Positions 1 to 9,723 of a stretch of DNA of 64,000 nucleotides are shown here, in pieces. The notes beneath the pieces are model-generated. The model was not told the origin of the DNA. It did not search any database and saw only the letters and a list, made by a program, of their open reading frames with translations. Position 1 is the first letter of the stretch; each line of letters starts with the position of its first letter. The stretch comes from an uncultured Planctomycetota bacterium (GTDB taxonomy: Bacteria; Planctomycetota; Phycisphaerae; Tepidisphaerales; Tepidisphaeraceae): NCBI GenBank assembly GCA_963841915.1, contig CAWJEN010000004.1:64001-128000 (forward strand). The letters run 5' to 3'. A program made the position numbers and the translations under genes.

Positions 1-1005
1 GGTCATCTCGTCGTGGATCCACTTGTACGTCTTTTCCATGCCGTCTCGCAGGGCGACGCTTGGCTCCCAGCCGAGGTACTCCTGGATCTTCGTGTTGTCG
101 CTGTTGCGGCCCCGCACACCCTTGGGAGCGTCGAGGTTGTAATGACGCTTGAGCTTGATGCCGGCCAGGTCTTCGACAATGTCGACAAGCTGGTTGATGC
201 TGACAAGTTCGCTGCTGCCGAGGTTGATCGGCTCAAGAATGTCGCTGTCGGTGATCTTGAGCACGCCCTCGACGCAGTCGGTGATGTACATGAACGAGCG
301 GGTTTGCTCGCCATCGCCCCAGATCTCCATGTCTAGGTCGCCGCTGAGCTTGGCTTTGATGACCTTGCGGCACATGGCTGCCGGAGCCTTTTCACGGCCG
401 CCGTCGTAGGTGCCGTGCGGCCCGTAGACGTTGTGGAAGCGGGCGACGCGGGTGCGCAGGCCAAAGTCCTCGCGAAAGTGGCGGCTCATGCGTTCGCTGA
501 ACAGCTTCTCCCAGCCGTAACCGTCCTCGGCGTCGGCGGGATAGGCGTCCTCTTCTTTCAATGCCGTCACGTCGGCATTCGTCTGCTTTGTCGCGTTGTA
601 GACGCATGCCGAAGAGCTGTAGAAGAAGTTCTTCGTCCCCGCGTCCTTACCGGCCATGAGCATGTGCGTGTTCGTCAACACGCTCAGCATGCACAGAGCC
701 TTGTTGTTCTCGATAAAGCCCATGCCGCCCATGTCGGCAGCGAGCTGGAAGATCGTGTGCGAACCCTCAGCCGCCTCGCGACAGGCGGGCAGCTCCTGCA
801 GGTCCAGCACACGGCTGTCGACGTCGTCAAACTTCTGGTACCAACCCTCGAACGGCTTCTTGTCGACCGCACGCAGGTTGGTGAACCCCTTTTTGCGAAG
901 GTCGGCCACGAGGTGCCCGCCGATAAAGCCGCCCGCACCGCACACGAGAATGAGGTCGTCCTTGCTCGGATGGGCGTCGGCGTTGGCAGCGTTGTCAATC
1001 AGCAT
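1..1005 (-). CDS. NAD-dependent epimerase/dehydratase, GDP-mannose 3,5-epimerase-like (3' end runs off the window)
   Basis: Manual translation from ATG at 1005: MLIDNAANADAHPSKDDLILVCGAGGFIGGHLV...FQLAADMGGMGFIENNKALCMLSV...FFYSSSACVYN...LRDGMEKTYKWIHDEMT. Has GxxGxxG and the AADMGGMGFI motif of GME-like SDRs. Missing from the ORF track because there is no stop codon in the window. Confidence 0.88.
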   Translation of the reverse strand, partial: MLIDNAANADAHPSKDDLILVCGAGGFIGGHLVADLRKKGFTNLRAVDKKPFEGWYQKFDDVDSRVLDLQELPACREAAEGSHTIFQLAADMGGMGFIENNKALCMLSVLTNTHMLMAGKDAGTKNFFYSSSACVYNATKQTNADVTALKEEDAYPADAEDGYGWEKLFSERMSRHFREDFGLRTRVARFHNVYGPHGTYDGGREKAPAAMCRKVIKAKLSGDLDMEIWGDGEQTRSFMYITDCVEGVLKITDSDILEPINLGSSELVSINQLVDIVEDLAGIKLKRHYNLDAPKGVRGRNSDNTKIQEYLGWEPSVALRDGMEKTYKWIHDEMT

Positions 1006-1143
1006 GTTTTCTCTTCGTCAGGTGCGAGGGGTTGGTTGGCCCAAAGGTGGTGGTCCGACATTATGCGACCCCTCGGTGGCCGCGGCAAAGGACCAAACGT
1101 TACGGGGCGTCGCAAGGCCGCTTAAACTTCTCCTGGAGCCGCC

Positions 1144-4044
1144 ATGCCTGATGAAAAGCCTGTCCAGAACGTCAACGACGAAGCGTCACCAGCAGCCACG
1201 CCATCGGCGCGACCTCGCCGACGTTGGCTGAGGCGTCTGCTCTGGTCGGCCGGTCTGGTGGTGGTGGTGCTGGTGGTCCTCGTCGCGTTGTTGCCGACAC
1301 TCTTGAGCACTGGGCCCGGCACCCGCTTCGCCGCCGGCCTCGCTCAGCGGGGCATCAACGGCAACGTCAAGATCGACGACCTCGATATCGGTTGGTTCAG
1401 CGGCACGACCGCCCGCGGCGTGGTGGTCGAGGACGCGCAAGGCGTTCGCGTGGTCGATGCCAGCCTGCAAAGCGACTTGACCGTACTTGGCATGCTCCGC
1501 GGCGTCACGAGCGGCAACCTGCAGCTCAGCGACACGATCATCACGGCCAGCCTGCCGAGCGTGAAGCTCTACCCGGACGATTCGACCAGTCTCGACCGCC
1601 TCGTCGCTTCTGACGACGACAGCGAATCGACGATGAAGGTGTTTGGAAACTTCAAGATCGCCCGCTTCGACGCAACGGTTCAGAAGGTTGACGCACAAGG
1701 TCAGCCGCTTCGCAACGAGCGGGACGAGCCCACGCCGTTCGTAAGCGTCGACGTGACTGACGGCCTCGTCACGCTTGACGGCGACGCGATCTCGAACGAG
1801 GTGCCGATGACGGTAAGCATCAACGGCAGTCCTGCTGGCTCGCTGGCGGTTAAGGGTACAGCCGACGCTGCCGAGGGCGCGGCGGATCAGCGAATCACCC
1901 TGAAGGACGTGAACCTTGCCGCCCTGGCCACGGTGGCAGAAGCGTTCGGTGAGCCGCTCGGCCTTGACGTTGCCGGTGTCGCAAGTGGTGATATCGCGGT
2001 CGACACGGCATCAGGCAAGGCGGCCGGAACCATCATCGTCGACGAGTTGGCGATCGCGCCGACAGACGGCACCGGCTACTCGGCGGCACGCGTGACGCTC
2101 GCTATTGACGGTCAGACTGACGGCCGACAGACGCTTTCGCTCACGACGCCCGACGGCAAGGCAACCGTGTCAGCCGTCGCGTCGGCAGCTGACTTTGCGG
2201 CGGCGAGTGAAAGCGACACCACCGTCGGCGGGCCCATCGCGTCGCTTCGCGATATCGAAGTTGAGGCTGACTTTCCCTACGCCAAGGTCAATGGCGGCGG
2301 CGCGTCGATCGGCGGACTCGACATCACGTTCTCTGTCGACTCTCAGCCGTTGCAAGCAGCCTTCAACGACTTCGTCGCGGTCAACGGGCTTGAATACGGG
2401 GGCACGATGGAGGGCAGGCTTCGCACGCGTGTCATGAACGGCAGTCTTGCCGCCCGACTCGTGTCAACGGTGAGCCAACTGCTCGTGAACGAGCCGGACG
2501 CGCAGCCGCTGAAGGTTGACCGGGCGGAGCTCGTACTCGTTTTTAAACCACAGCCGAACGGCACGATTTCCGACAGCATCATCGACCTGACGGTCTACGA
2601 CGCGGGCGAAGAAGTCGCGGTCGTGCAGGCAAACATCGCATCACTCGAAGGTAAGACACAGTCGGTAGAGAGCATCGACCTGACGCGCGTCGAACTCGTT
2701 GACTACGCGCGAGCCAAGGACATGCTCGGCGGCTTCGCGCAGCTGCCAGAACTCGAGAGCGACCTCGGACCGATTGCTCTTACAGGCACTGTGAGCTTTG
2801 ACGGCTCCGCCGGGACGCTCACAATCGAATCGCCCGTCGTCTTCACAAGCGATGGCAACGAATTGGCGAAGATTGAGGGCACCGCAACGATGCCGGAAGT
2901 CGGACCGACGTCTGCGGCATTGCAGGTGACGGTGACCGACGTTGCCGCGGCACGCCCGATCCTGAAGTCCTACGGCATCGACGCGCCGACCGACCTCGGC
3001 GGGTCGATCAGCATCGTCACAAAGATGAACCTCGACACCAGCGGCGAGACGATGACGGCCGACGGCAACATCGACCTCACGCTGCAAAACGTCGTTCTTC
3101 CCGGTGCGAACGTCAATGGCTCGCTTCGGCTTCTCGCTGATGGTGAGCAAATGAGGGTCGCAGAAGCGGCGACGCCGCTCACGCTCAACGGCGGCAGCGT
3201 GACGCTTGATGGTGCCATTTACGACCTTGCCAGCTCCCGTCTCGAGCTGCAGGCCGGACCGCTCGTCAGTGGCGTGAGCCTCAATCCGGTGCTGGCCGAC
3301 ACGCTCGGGCAGTACATCAGTCCGTTCCTTACCGAGCCCGAGTCGGCAGACGGCCTGCTCGACATCGGCCTCGCATCGGCAACGCGAATCGACCTAACTG
3401 ACCCGAAAGCGTCTGACCTGACCGCCACCTTCGGCATCCGCAACTTTTCGGTGACGAACGACGCCATTGCACAATTGGCGGACAATGCGACAGGCCAAAT
3501 TCGCGAGGAGCTGCTCAAGCGGATCGGGCCGGCCGGCCGCATCCCGGGGCTGAATCTGGACGACACGCTTCGCGACAAGGTCGACCTTGGCGACGACCTG
3601 CGGCGAGAGCTGGGTACCATCCGCGGTGCGATTGTCGACTCGAGGCTGACGCTTCGAAACGGCGTCGTCTCGACGACGCTCACCATCAACGCCCGCGACC
3701 CAAGGGCCAAGCGGGCCGACGATGAGAGCGTGTATCCGCTCACGTTCACCGGCGACGTCAATGTCGAGACCTTTGCCCTGAGCACGTCGGCGACGGTGCC
3801 GGTCGAACTCATCGAGAAGTGGTCCGGCGAGAGCCCGTCCGACCTCGTGAAGCTCGTCGGTGACAGGCCGTTCCGCAAGATCGCGCCCGACGGCGTCAAG
3901 CTCGCCTTCGGCGGCACCACGCAGCAGCCGACGATCGACGTACGCAACTCCATCGCCGCCATCGCACCACGATTTGTCAGTGCCGTCCTCGACAACGCCG
4001 GTGGCAATCTGCTTCAGGACGGTCTACGCGGCCTGTTCAAGTAG
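1144..4044 (+). CDS. Large membrane-anchored AsmA/TamB-like beta-rich protein
   Basis: 966 aa; N-terminal TM helix followed by LPTLLST..G, then a long beta-rich body; GGAG SD upstream. Confidence 0.6.
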   Translation: MPDEKPVQNVNDEASPAATPSARPRRRWLRRLLWSAGLVVVVLVVLVALLPTLLSTGPGTRFAAGLAQRGINGNVKIDDLDIGWFSGTTARGVVVEDAQGVRVVDASLQSDLTVLGMLRGVTSGNLQLSDTIITASLPSVKLYPDDSTSLDRLVASDDDSESTMKVFGNFKIARFDATVQKVDAQGQPLRNERDEPTPFVSVDVTDGLVTLDGDAISNEVPMTVSINGSPAGSLAVKGTADAAEGAADQRITLKDVNLAALATVAEAFGEPLGLDVAGVASGDIAVDTASGKAAGTIIVDELAIAPTDGTGYSAARVTLAIDGQTDGRQTLSLTTPDGKATVSAVASAADFAAASESDTTVGGPIASLRDIEVEADFPYAKVNGGGASIGGLDITFSVDSQPLQAAFNDFVAVNGLEYGGTMEGRLRTRVMNGSLAARLVSTVSQLLVNEPDAQPLKVDRAELVLVFKPQPNGTISDSIIDLTVYDAGEEVAVVQANIASLEGKTQSVESIDLTRVELVDYARAKDMLGGFAQLPELESDLGPIALTGTVSFDGSAGTLTIESPVVFTSDGNELAKIEGTATMPEVGPTSAALQVTVTDVAAARPILKSYGIDAPTDLGGSISIVTKMNLDTSGETMTADGNIDLTLQNVVLPGANVNGSLRLLADGEQMRVAEAATPLTLNGGSVTLDGAIYDLASSRLELQAGPLVSGVSLNPVLADTLGQYISPFLTEPESADGLLDIGLASATRIDLTDPKASDLTATFGIRNFSVTNDAIAQLADNATGQIREELLKRIGPAGRIPGLNLDDTLRDKVDLGDDLRRELGTIRGAIVDSRLTLRNGVVSTTLTINARDPRAKRADDESVYPLTFTGDVNVETFALSTSATVPVELIEKWSGESPSDLVKLVGDRPFRKIAPDGVKLAFGGTTQQPTIDVRNSIAAIAPRFVSAVLDNAGGNLLQDGLRGLFK

Positions 4045-4068
4045 GGTGACATGACTCAACGGCTCGAA

Positions 4069-4091
4069 GCTGCGACCCTGCGGATCGCAGC
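4069..4091. terminator. Hairpin between convergent genes
   Basis: GCTGCGA-ccctgcgga-TCGCAGC inverted repeat; no clear U-tract. Confidence 0.3.
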
Positions 4092-4112
4092 CCGAACAAG
4101 CGGGTAGAGCCC

Positions 4113-5144
4113 CTACTGGATCTCCCGATCCATCGCCACCGCGATCTTCTTGCACTGCTCGACGAGGTCGGCGAACTGCTCACCGTTGAGCGACTGGCCG
4201 CCGTCGGTCATGGCGTGGCTGGGGTCGGGGTGCATCTCGACGATGATGCCATCCGCACCGGCGGCGATGGCGGCGCGGGCCATGGGCGTCACCAGGTGGG
4301 CTTTGCCCGTGCCGTGGCTCGGGTCGACCAGCACCGGCAGGTGGCTCAGCCGCTTGAGCTCGGGCACGATCGCCAGCGGCAGCGTGTTGCGGACGTAGTC
4401 CTCGAACGTGCGGATACCACGCTCGCACAGGATCACCTGCTCGTTGCCCCGGGCCAGGATGTATTCGGCAGCCAGGAGGAACTCTTCGAGTGTCTGGCTC
4501 ATGCCACGCTTGAGCAGCACCGGTTTTCGCTGCTCACCCACGGCAGCGAGCAGATTGAAGTTCTGGCAGTTGCGGGCGCCGATCTGCATGACGTCGGCGT
4601 ACTGACAGACGAGCTCGACCTGGTCGATGCTCATAACCTCGGTCACGATGCCTAGCCCCGTCGCCTCGCGGCTTTCGGCGAGGATTTCGAGCCCCTTTTC
4701 GCCGTGGCCTTGGAAGCTGTAGGGGTTAGTGCGTGGCTTGAAGGCTCCGCCGCGAAGGGCGACACCGCCGCCTGCTTTGACGAGCTTCGCCGACTCCATC
4801 GTCTGCTCCGCCGACTCGACGCTGCACGGACCGGCGATGATCGGGATGGCCGTCCCACCGATCGAGCCGCCGAGGGTTCCGCCCAGCGGCACAAGCGTCG
4901 TCTCGCCGTCGACGCGTGTCTCGCGACTGGCCATCTTGTAAGGCGCCAGCACGGGCTTGACGTCGTCGACGAAGCTGAGGCTCGCCAAGCGGCTGCCGTC
5001 TTTGAAGCGTTCGTCGCCGACGCAGGCAATCACCGTTCGTTCTGTACCGGCGATAACGTGTTCTTTGAGACCCATCTCGTTCACCAGGCTGACTGCCTCG
5101 GCGACTTGCTGCTCGGTCGCGTGCGGCTTGAGGACGATGATCAT
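4113..5144 (-). CDS. aroF: 3-deoxy-7-phosphoheptulonate (DAHP) synthase, type I-beta with N-terminal regulatory domain
   Basis: MIIVLKP start with GGAG SD; IAGPCSVES, RGGAFKPRT, LKRGMS, LCERGIRTFE, VDPSHGTG motifs. Confidence 0.95.
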   Translation of the reverse strand: MIIVLKPHATEQQVAEAVSLVNEMGLKEHVIAGTERTVIACVGDERFKDGSRLASLSFVDDVKPVLAPYKMASRETRVDGETTLVPLGGTLGGSIGGTAIPIIAGPCSVESAEQTMESAKLVKAGGGVALRGGAFKPRTNPYSFQGHGEKGLEILAESREATGLGIVTEVMSIDQVELVCQYADVMQIGARNCQNFNLLAAVGEQRKPVLLKRGMSQTLEEFLLAAEYILARGNEQVILCERGIRTFEDYVRNTLPLAIVPELKRLSHLPVLVDPSHGTGKAHLVTPMARAAIAAGADGIIVEMHPDPSHAMTDGGQSLNGEQFADLVEQCKKIAVAMDREIQ

Positions 5145-5436
5145 CTCGGGCTCCTGGAGGCGGTGGTGTAGAGAAGGGCGGCATGTCAGTCGAAACAAAC
5201 GCCCCGCAGGCCACTGCGGCCTCCGGGGCAGGCGTTCGTCCGAGATGCTTAGGTGCAGCTAGAACGCGTCGGCCCCGGGTCGGCAAAAGCCGCCCAGCCA
5301 GGGCCAGAACGTAAAGCTGCGGTCGGTCACGAGCCTTTTGATACACGGCCGAAGCCTCAGAAGCAAGCACAGACCTCCGATTCGAGCGACGCGGACGTTT
5401 GCCGCTGGCGGGTCCTCGTCGCTAAGCTGGGCTGCT

Positions 5437-5904
5437 ATGCACCGCCGGAACCGTCTGCTGACCCTCGCCTGCCTCTCCGCCACCCTGCTTGTCGCCGGTT
5501 GCGGCTCTGACGGAGCCGATGGAGCACCGGCGACCGAGCCCGTGCAGCCGACGACACGCGCGACAACCCGGGCCAGCCAATCACCGCTGGCCGGCAACTG
5601 GCAGGTCACGCTCGTGCCCGAAGCCGCGACCGCAGGCGTGACGTCACCGACCATGACCGCCATGCTGGAGGTTGGCGACTCCAACCTCAGCGGCACCGTC
5701 GGTGAGACCGACATCAACGACGGCAACGTCGTCGGTAACACGCTCTCCTTCGAGACAAACGGCCTGACCTACACCGGCGTCAGTGGCGACGAGGTGTCCA
5801 TCGGCGATCCGATCATCTGGAAGGCCACCCTCTACGAAGGCGACAAGCTCGTCGGCACCGCCACCAGCAACGGCGTCGAAAGCTCCTGGGAAGCCACACG
5901 GTAG
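5437..5904 (+). CDS. Hypothetical lipoprotein
   Basis: MHRRNRLLTLACLSATLLVAG-C lipobox, Thr/Pro linker, small beta domain (LAGNW). Confidence 0.7.
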   Translation: MHRRNRLLTLACLSATLLVAGCGSDGADGAPATEPVQPTTRATTRASQSPLAGNWQVTLVPEAATAGVTSPTMTAMLEVGDSNLSGTVGETDINDGNVVGNTLSFETNGLTYTGVSGDEVSIGDPIIWKATLYEGDKLVGTATSNGVESSWEATR

Positions 5905-6497
5905 TGAGCGACTTTCCCGACATCGATCAGCTCAAGCAGCCGATCGCCTTCGAAGCAGAGCTCGGCGGGCGATCGCTCCGCATGACCAGCACGTGGGGCC
6001 TCTTCAGCCCCCGGGCCATCGACGACGGCACACGCCTGCTGCTCGATAAGTTCAAGCCGCTTACCGACAGCGACGACACCTTCGACCTCGGCTGCGGCTA
6101 CGGCCCGCTGGGCCTGGCCTTCGCGGCGGCGTGTCCGAAGGGTCGCGTGACGATGGTCGATCGCGACTTCCTGGCCGTTCACTACGCGAGTCACAATGCA
6201 CAACTCAACGGCCTGACGAACGCGACCGCACGCCTCGGCAACGGCTTCGACGGCACGCCGCCCGACGACCTGTACGACAACGTCGTCAGCAACCTGCCCG
6301 CCAAGACCGGCAAGGAACTCCTGCACATCGTCCTGCACGACGCCCACCGCCACCTCAAGCCCGGCGGAAGGCTCTGCGTCGTCACCGTCACCGGCCTGCG
6401 TCGCTTCATCGAACGGCACATGAAGGCACAGTTCGGCAACTACGACAAGCTCAAGCAGTCCCCCGGCTACACCGTGGCCGTAGCGACCAAATCCTGA
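5904..6497 (+). CDS. Class I SAM-dependent methyltransferase (MTS / RsmC-like small domain)
   Basis: GLFSPRAIDDGTRLLL, DLGCGYGPLG, VVSNLP motifs. Confidence 0.88.
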   Translation: MSDFPDIDQLKQPIAFEAELGGRSLRMTSTWGLFSPRAIDDGTRLLLDKFKPLTDSDDTFDLGCGYGPLGLAFAAACPKGRVTMVDRDFLAVHYASHNAQLNGLTNATARLGNGFDGTPPDDLYDNVVSNLPAKTGKELLHIVLHDAHRHLKPGGRLCVVTVTGLRRFIERHMKAQFGNYDKLKQSPGYTVAVATKS

Positions 6498-6555
6498 GCC
6501 GACTTGTTGCGCCGCGGCGGCCAAATGGATCGGTGGCGGTCGGCGGGGCGTGCGA

Positions 6556-6571
6556 TGTTCCACGTGGAACA
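6556..6571. promoter_or_regulatory. parS site (ParB-binding centromere) 1
   Basis: Perfect 16-bp palindrome TGTTCCACGTGGAACA in an intergenic region; matches the widespread chromosomal parS consensus. Confidence 0.85.
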
Positions 6572-6630
6572 TTGAGAGCCCTCGCCAGAGATCGTGGCAA
6601 GGGTTGGGAACCATCGGCCGACGCTCAAAT

Positions 6631-6646
6631 TGTTCCACGTGGAACA
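6631..6646. promoter_or_regulatory. parS site 2
   Basis: Identical second copy of TGTTCCACGTGGAACA, starting 75 bp after the first. Confidence 0.85.
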
Positions 6647-6802
6647 CTTTCAGGGGGTCGACTCCGTCGGCGGGTCGTCCAGAGTGCGAAGGCGGTGCGT
6701 CACGAATTGCGGTCGCCGGCCGATCGTTTGCGGCCGCGGCGGGTGACTGGTACGACTCCGTAACGCATGCGCCCTGGCGGCCGCGGCGGCGCAGCGCCTG
6801 CC

Positions 6803-7784
6803 TCATCGCGATGCCGCGTACCAGTCGACCGTCTGCTTCAGCCCGTCTTCAAAGCTGACGATCGGCTCGTACCCGAGCACCTGGCGCGACTTGTCGAGAC
6901 TCGCCAGCGAGTGCGGCACATCGCCGGGTCTTTCGGGCTGGTGGACAGCCGTCAGGTCCGGACGGTCGAGCGCCTGGGCCATCGTCGCGGCGAGCTGGGC
7001 CACCGTTGCCCGTTCGCCGATGCCGACGTTGAAGACTTCGCCCACGAGCGGCTCGGCGTGCCGGGCCGCCAGCAGGTTCGCGTGAACCACGTTGTACACG
7101 TGCGTGAAGTCGCGTGACGCGCTTCCGTCGCCATAGATCGTCGGCTGCTTGCCGGCGAGCAGGTCGCGGGCGAAGGCGGCGATTACACCGGCGTACGCGC
7201 TGTTGGCGTTCTGCCGCGGACCGAAGACGTTGAAGTACCGCAAGCACGCGGCATCGAGGCTGTAGCACGACGCATAGGCCCGGGCGTATCCCTCGCCGGC
7301 CAGCTTGGCGGCGGCGTACGGACTTTGCGGCATCGCCGGCATCGACTCCACCTTCGGCAGCGTCGGCTGGTCGCCGTACTGCGCTGCTGCTGGCCGAGTA
7401 GACCACCCGCGTCACATTCGCTTTGCGGGCAGCTTCGAGCACGTTGACGGTGCCGGTCGCGTCGGCAGCGTGGTAGGCGACGGGGTCGCTCACGCTGGCC
7501 GGTACGCTGACTTTGGCCGCGCAGTGGAAGACGAGGTCGCTGCCGATGGTTGCACGGTCGCACGACTCGAAACTGCTGATGTTGCCGCGAACGACGTTGG
7601 CATCGACGTATGACTTGGCGTTACCGCCGCTGCCGTCGTCAAGGATGCGCAGGCGAGCCCCGAGCGTGGCCAGCGCTTCGCAAAGGTGCCCACCGATGAA
7701 GCCGAGCCCGCCGGTGACCAGGATGTGTCGCCCGGCAAAGGCGTCGCCGTGGAGTTCCTTCCAATCGACGGCTACGTCTGACAC
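6803..7784 (-). pseudogene. UDP-glucose/UDP-GlcNAc 4-epimerase-like SDR, split by a one-base insertion near 7379
   Basis: The N-half (VTGGLGFIGGHL...YSASSSA) and C-half (YGDQPTLPK...SPYAAAK...LRYFNVFGPRQ) join into one intact enzyme if one base at about 7379 is removed. Confidence 0.85.
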
Positions 7785-7831
7785 GCGGGCAGCCTAGGGC
7801 AGGCGTCGGGACATCCCGCTACCGTCCTGCG

Positions 7832-8995
7832 GTGAAGGACGCGACCGACAGCCTCGATGTGCTGCACGTCACGCCCCGGCTCGGGCGGTGCGGCGGCGGG
7901 GTCTGGCAATTCGTCAGCGACCTCGCCCTTGCCCAGGCCGAGTCAGGCCAGCGGGTGGCGGTTGTGGGTCTCGACTGCGACGGGCTGGACCAGGATGCCA
8001 AGCTGCTCCGGAGTCATCACCGCGTCGAGCTGCACGTGGCAAAGGCATCGCTGTGTCCCGTTAAAGCGCTCGGATATTCGCGGGATCTCGAACGGCAGAT
8101 CGATGCGCTGGCGGCACGGGCCAAGCTCATCCACGCCCACGGCGGCCTGCGGATGTGGACGCTGTCACCCGTCCGCCGGGCGGCAAAGCGACACGACGTG
8201 CCGATGCTCCTTGCCCCTCACGGCGGCCTGTACCCGTGGATGCTCGGCCGCAACCGGCTCAAGAAAAGGCTCCTCTACCACGTGCTCGACCGGCGAAACC
8301 TGGCAGCCGTCGACCAACTTCACGCGACGTGCGAGCAGGAGCTTGGGTACTGCCGTGACTACGGCCTGACGCAACCTGCCGCCGTCGTGCCACCGGGTGT
8401 GCGAGCGCTGCCCGAGGGCGACAACAAGCGGTTCCTGAACGGACATCCAAACCTTCGCGGCAAGCGTTTGTGCGGATTTTTAGGCTACTTTGACCGAAAG
8501 AAGGGCTTGCTCCGATTGGTTCGGGCGTGGGCGAAGACGCAGCCGGACGACTGGCATCTTGTAATTGCCGGCCACGATCAGGGCGGGCATCAGGCGGAGG
8601 TGGAGGCCGAGATCGAGCGACTCGATATGCGCGATCGCGTGACGATCCTCGGGCCGCAGATGGCCCAGGCCAAGAGCGATTATCTGTCGTCACTGGACCT
8701 GTTCGTGTTGCCCACCGACTGGGAAAACTTCGGCGTCGTGCTCGGCGAGGCGTTGTCGCTGGGCGTCCCGATCGTCACGACCACGAACACGCCTTGGCAG
8801 TGGATCAAGACGGCAGGCGTGGGCTGGTTCATCGAGCCGACGGAGGAAGCGCTGGTGGCGTGTCTGCGAGAAGCCACAGGGCAGCCGCGGCGTCAGATCG
8901 ATCGAGCGGTTGTGGTGCAGCGGCTGTCGTGGGCGCGGTCGGTCGAGGCGCTTCGGGAGGCGACGGATGCGCTAGCGGAGGCGAAGAACAGATGA
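7832..8995 (+). CDS. Glycosyltransferase family 4
   Basis: GGGVW N-terminus, HAHGG, RKKGL, LFVLPTDWENFGVVLGEALSLGVP (E-x7-E). Confidence 0.9.
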   Translation: MKDATDSLDVLHVTPRLGRCGGGVWQFVSDLALAQAESGQRVAVVGLDCDGLDQDAKLLRSHHRVELHVAKASLCPVKALGYSRDLERQIDALAARAKLIHAHGGLRMWTLSPVRRAAKRHDVPMLLAPHGGLYPWMLGRNRLKKRLLYHVLDRRNLAAVDQLHATCEQELGYCRDYGLTQPAAVVPPGVRALPEGDNKRFLNGHPNLRGKRLCGFLGYFDRKKGLLRLVRAWAKTQPDDWHLVIAGHDQGGHQAEVEAEIERLDMRDRVTILGPQMAQAKSDYLSSLDLFVLPTDWENFGVVLGEALSLGVPIVTTTNTPWQWIKTAGVGWFIEPTEEALVACLREATGQPRRQIDRAVVVQRLSWARSVEALREATDALAEAKNR

Positions 8996-9112
8996 CAGTG
9001 TCGTGCTTACCACCGCGTGTTGCGTCAGATTGCGTGGTGGGTGCTGACCGCACCAACACACCGGCGGTCCGTGGGACCGCTGGTCTGCGGGTGCGTGAAG
9101 CTCACCACTTGC

Positions 9113-9625
9113 TCAATGCTGCAACAAGGCACGCCATACATCGAGCATGAACCACTGCACGGCAAGCAAGGTCACGGCTGTCAAGATGAACACGCTGAGC
9201 AGCAGACGGCGACGCCACGGCTTGGACTGAGCGGCATCGACGGCTTGAGCGACGACGGACTGGGGTCGGAGCCGCTGTTGCCAAGCTTGCTCGACACCCG
9301 CCAGCACGCGGGCGGCGGCGGCGGGGGCGATGCCAAGGACGTCTGCCTGGCGGAGCAGGCCGTCGCGGTCGTCGGCGTCGAGGCCACCTGTCGCCGGGTC
9401 CGTCCAGCGAGTCAGCCGTCGTGTGGCAGATTCGGCCAGCAGACGGACGGCGCGGTCACCGGCTGTCGTGTGTTGCTTAGGCCGAAGCGAGGCAAAGCTG
9501 CCCGTCACCGCGTTGCCGACAATCGCGGCGGCTTGATCTGACAGACGTTCTGCGGCGAGCTTTTGCCGATGCTCGGCCAGCGCCTGGACGTGGGAGTTGA
9601 TGTGGGGCGTAGCGGCCGGCTTCAT
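9113..9625 (-). CDS. Hypothetical protein with C-terminal TM helix
   Basis: 170-aa ORF filling the gap; GGGGA SD upstream; hydrophobic C-terminus after RRR. Confidence 0.6.
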   Translation of the reverse strand: MKPAATPHINSHVQALAEHRQKLAAERLSDQAAAIVGNAVTGSFASLRPKQHTTAGDRAVRLLAESATRRLTRWTDPATGGLDADDRDGLLRQADVLGIAPAAAARVLAGVEQAWQQRLRPQSVVAQAVDAAQSKPWRRRLLLSVFILTAVTLLAVQWFMLDVWRALLQH

Positions 9626-9723
9626 GAGTTCCCCTGACGCGTTTGCATCGGCACAATGCAGCAGCGACGCGCCGTGCGTCGCTTTATGGGCGGGGTGCCC
9701 CGAGTTGTCCGCTACGCTGCATC

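Noticed and set aside
415..1125. 236-aa plus-strand ORF
   Set aside because: Antisense shadow of the epimerase on the minus strand; high GC yields long open antisense frames.
6556..6646. Two identical palindromes as a mini-CRISPR or transposon ends
   Set aside because: 16 bp is too short for a CRISPR repeat, there are only two copies, no transposase is present, and the sequence matches parS.
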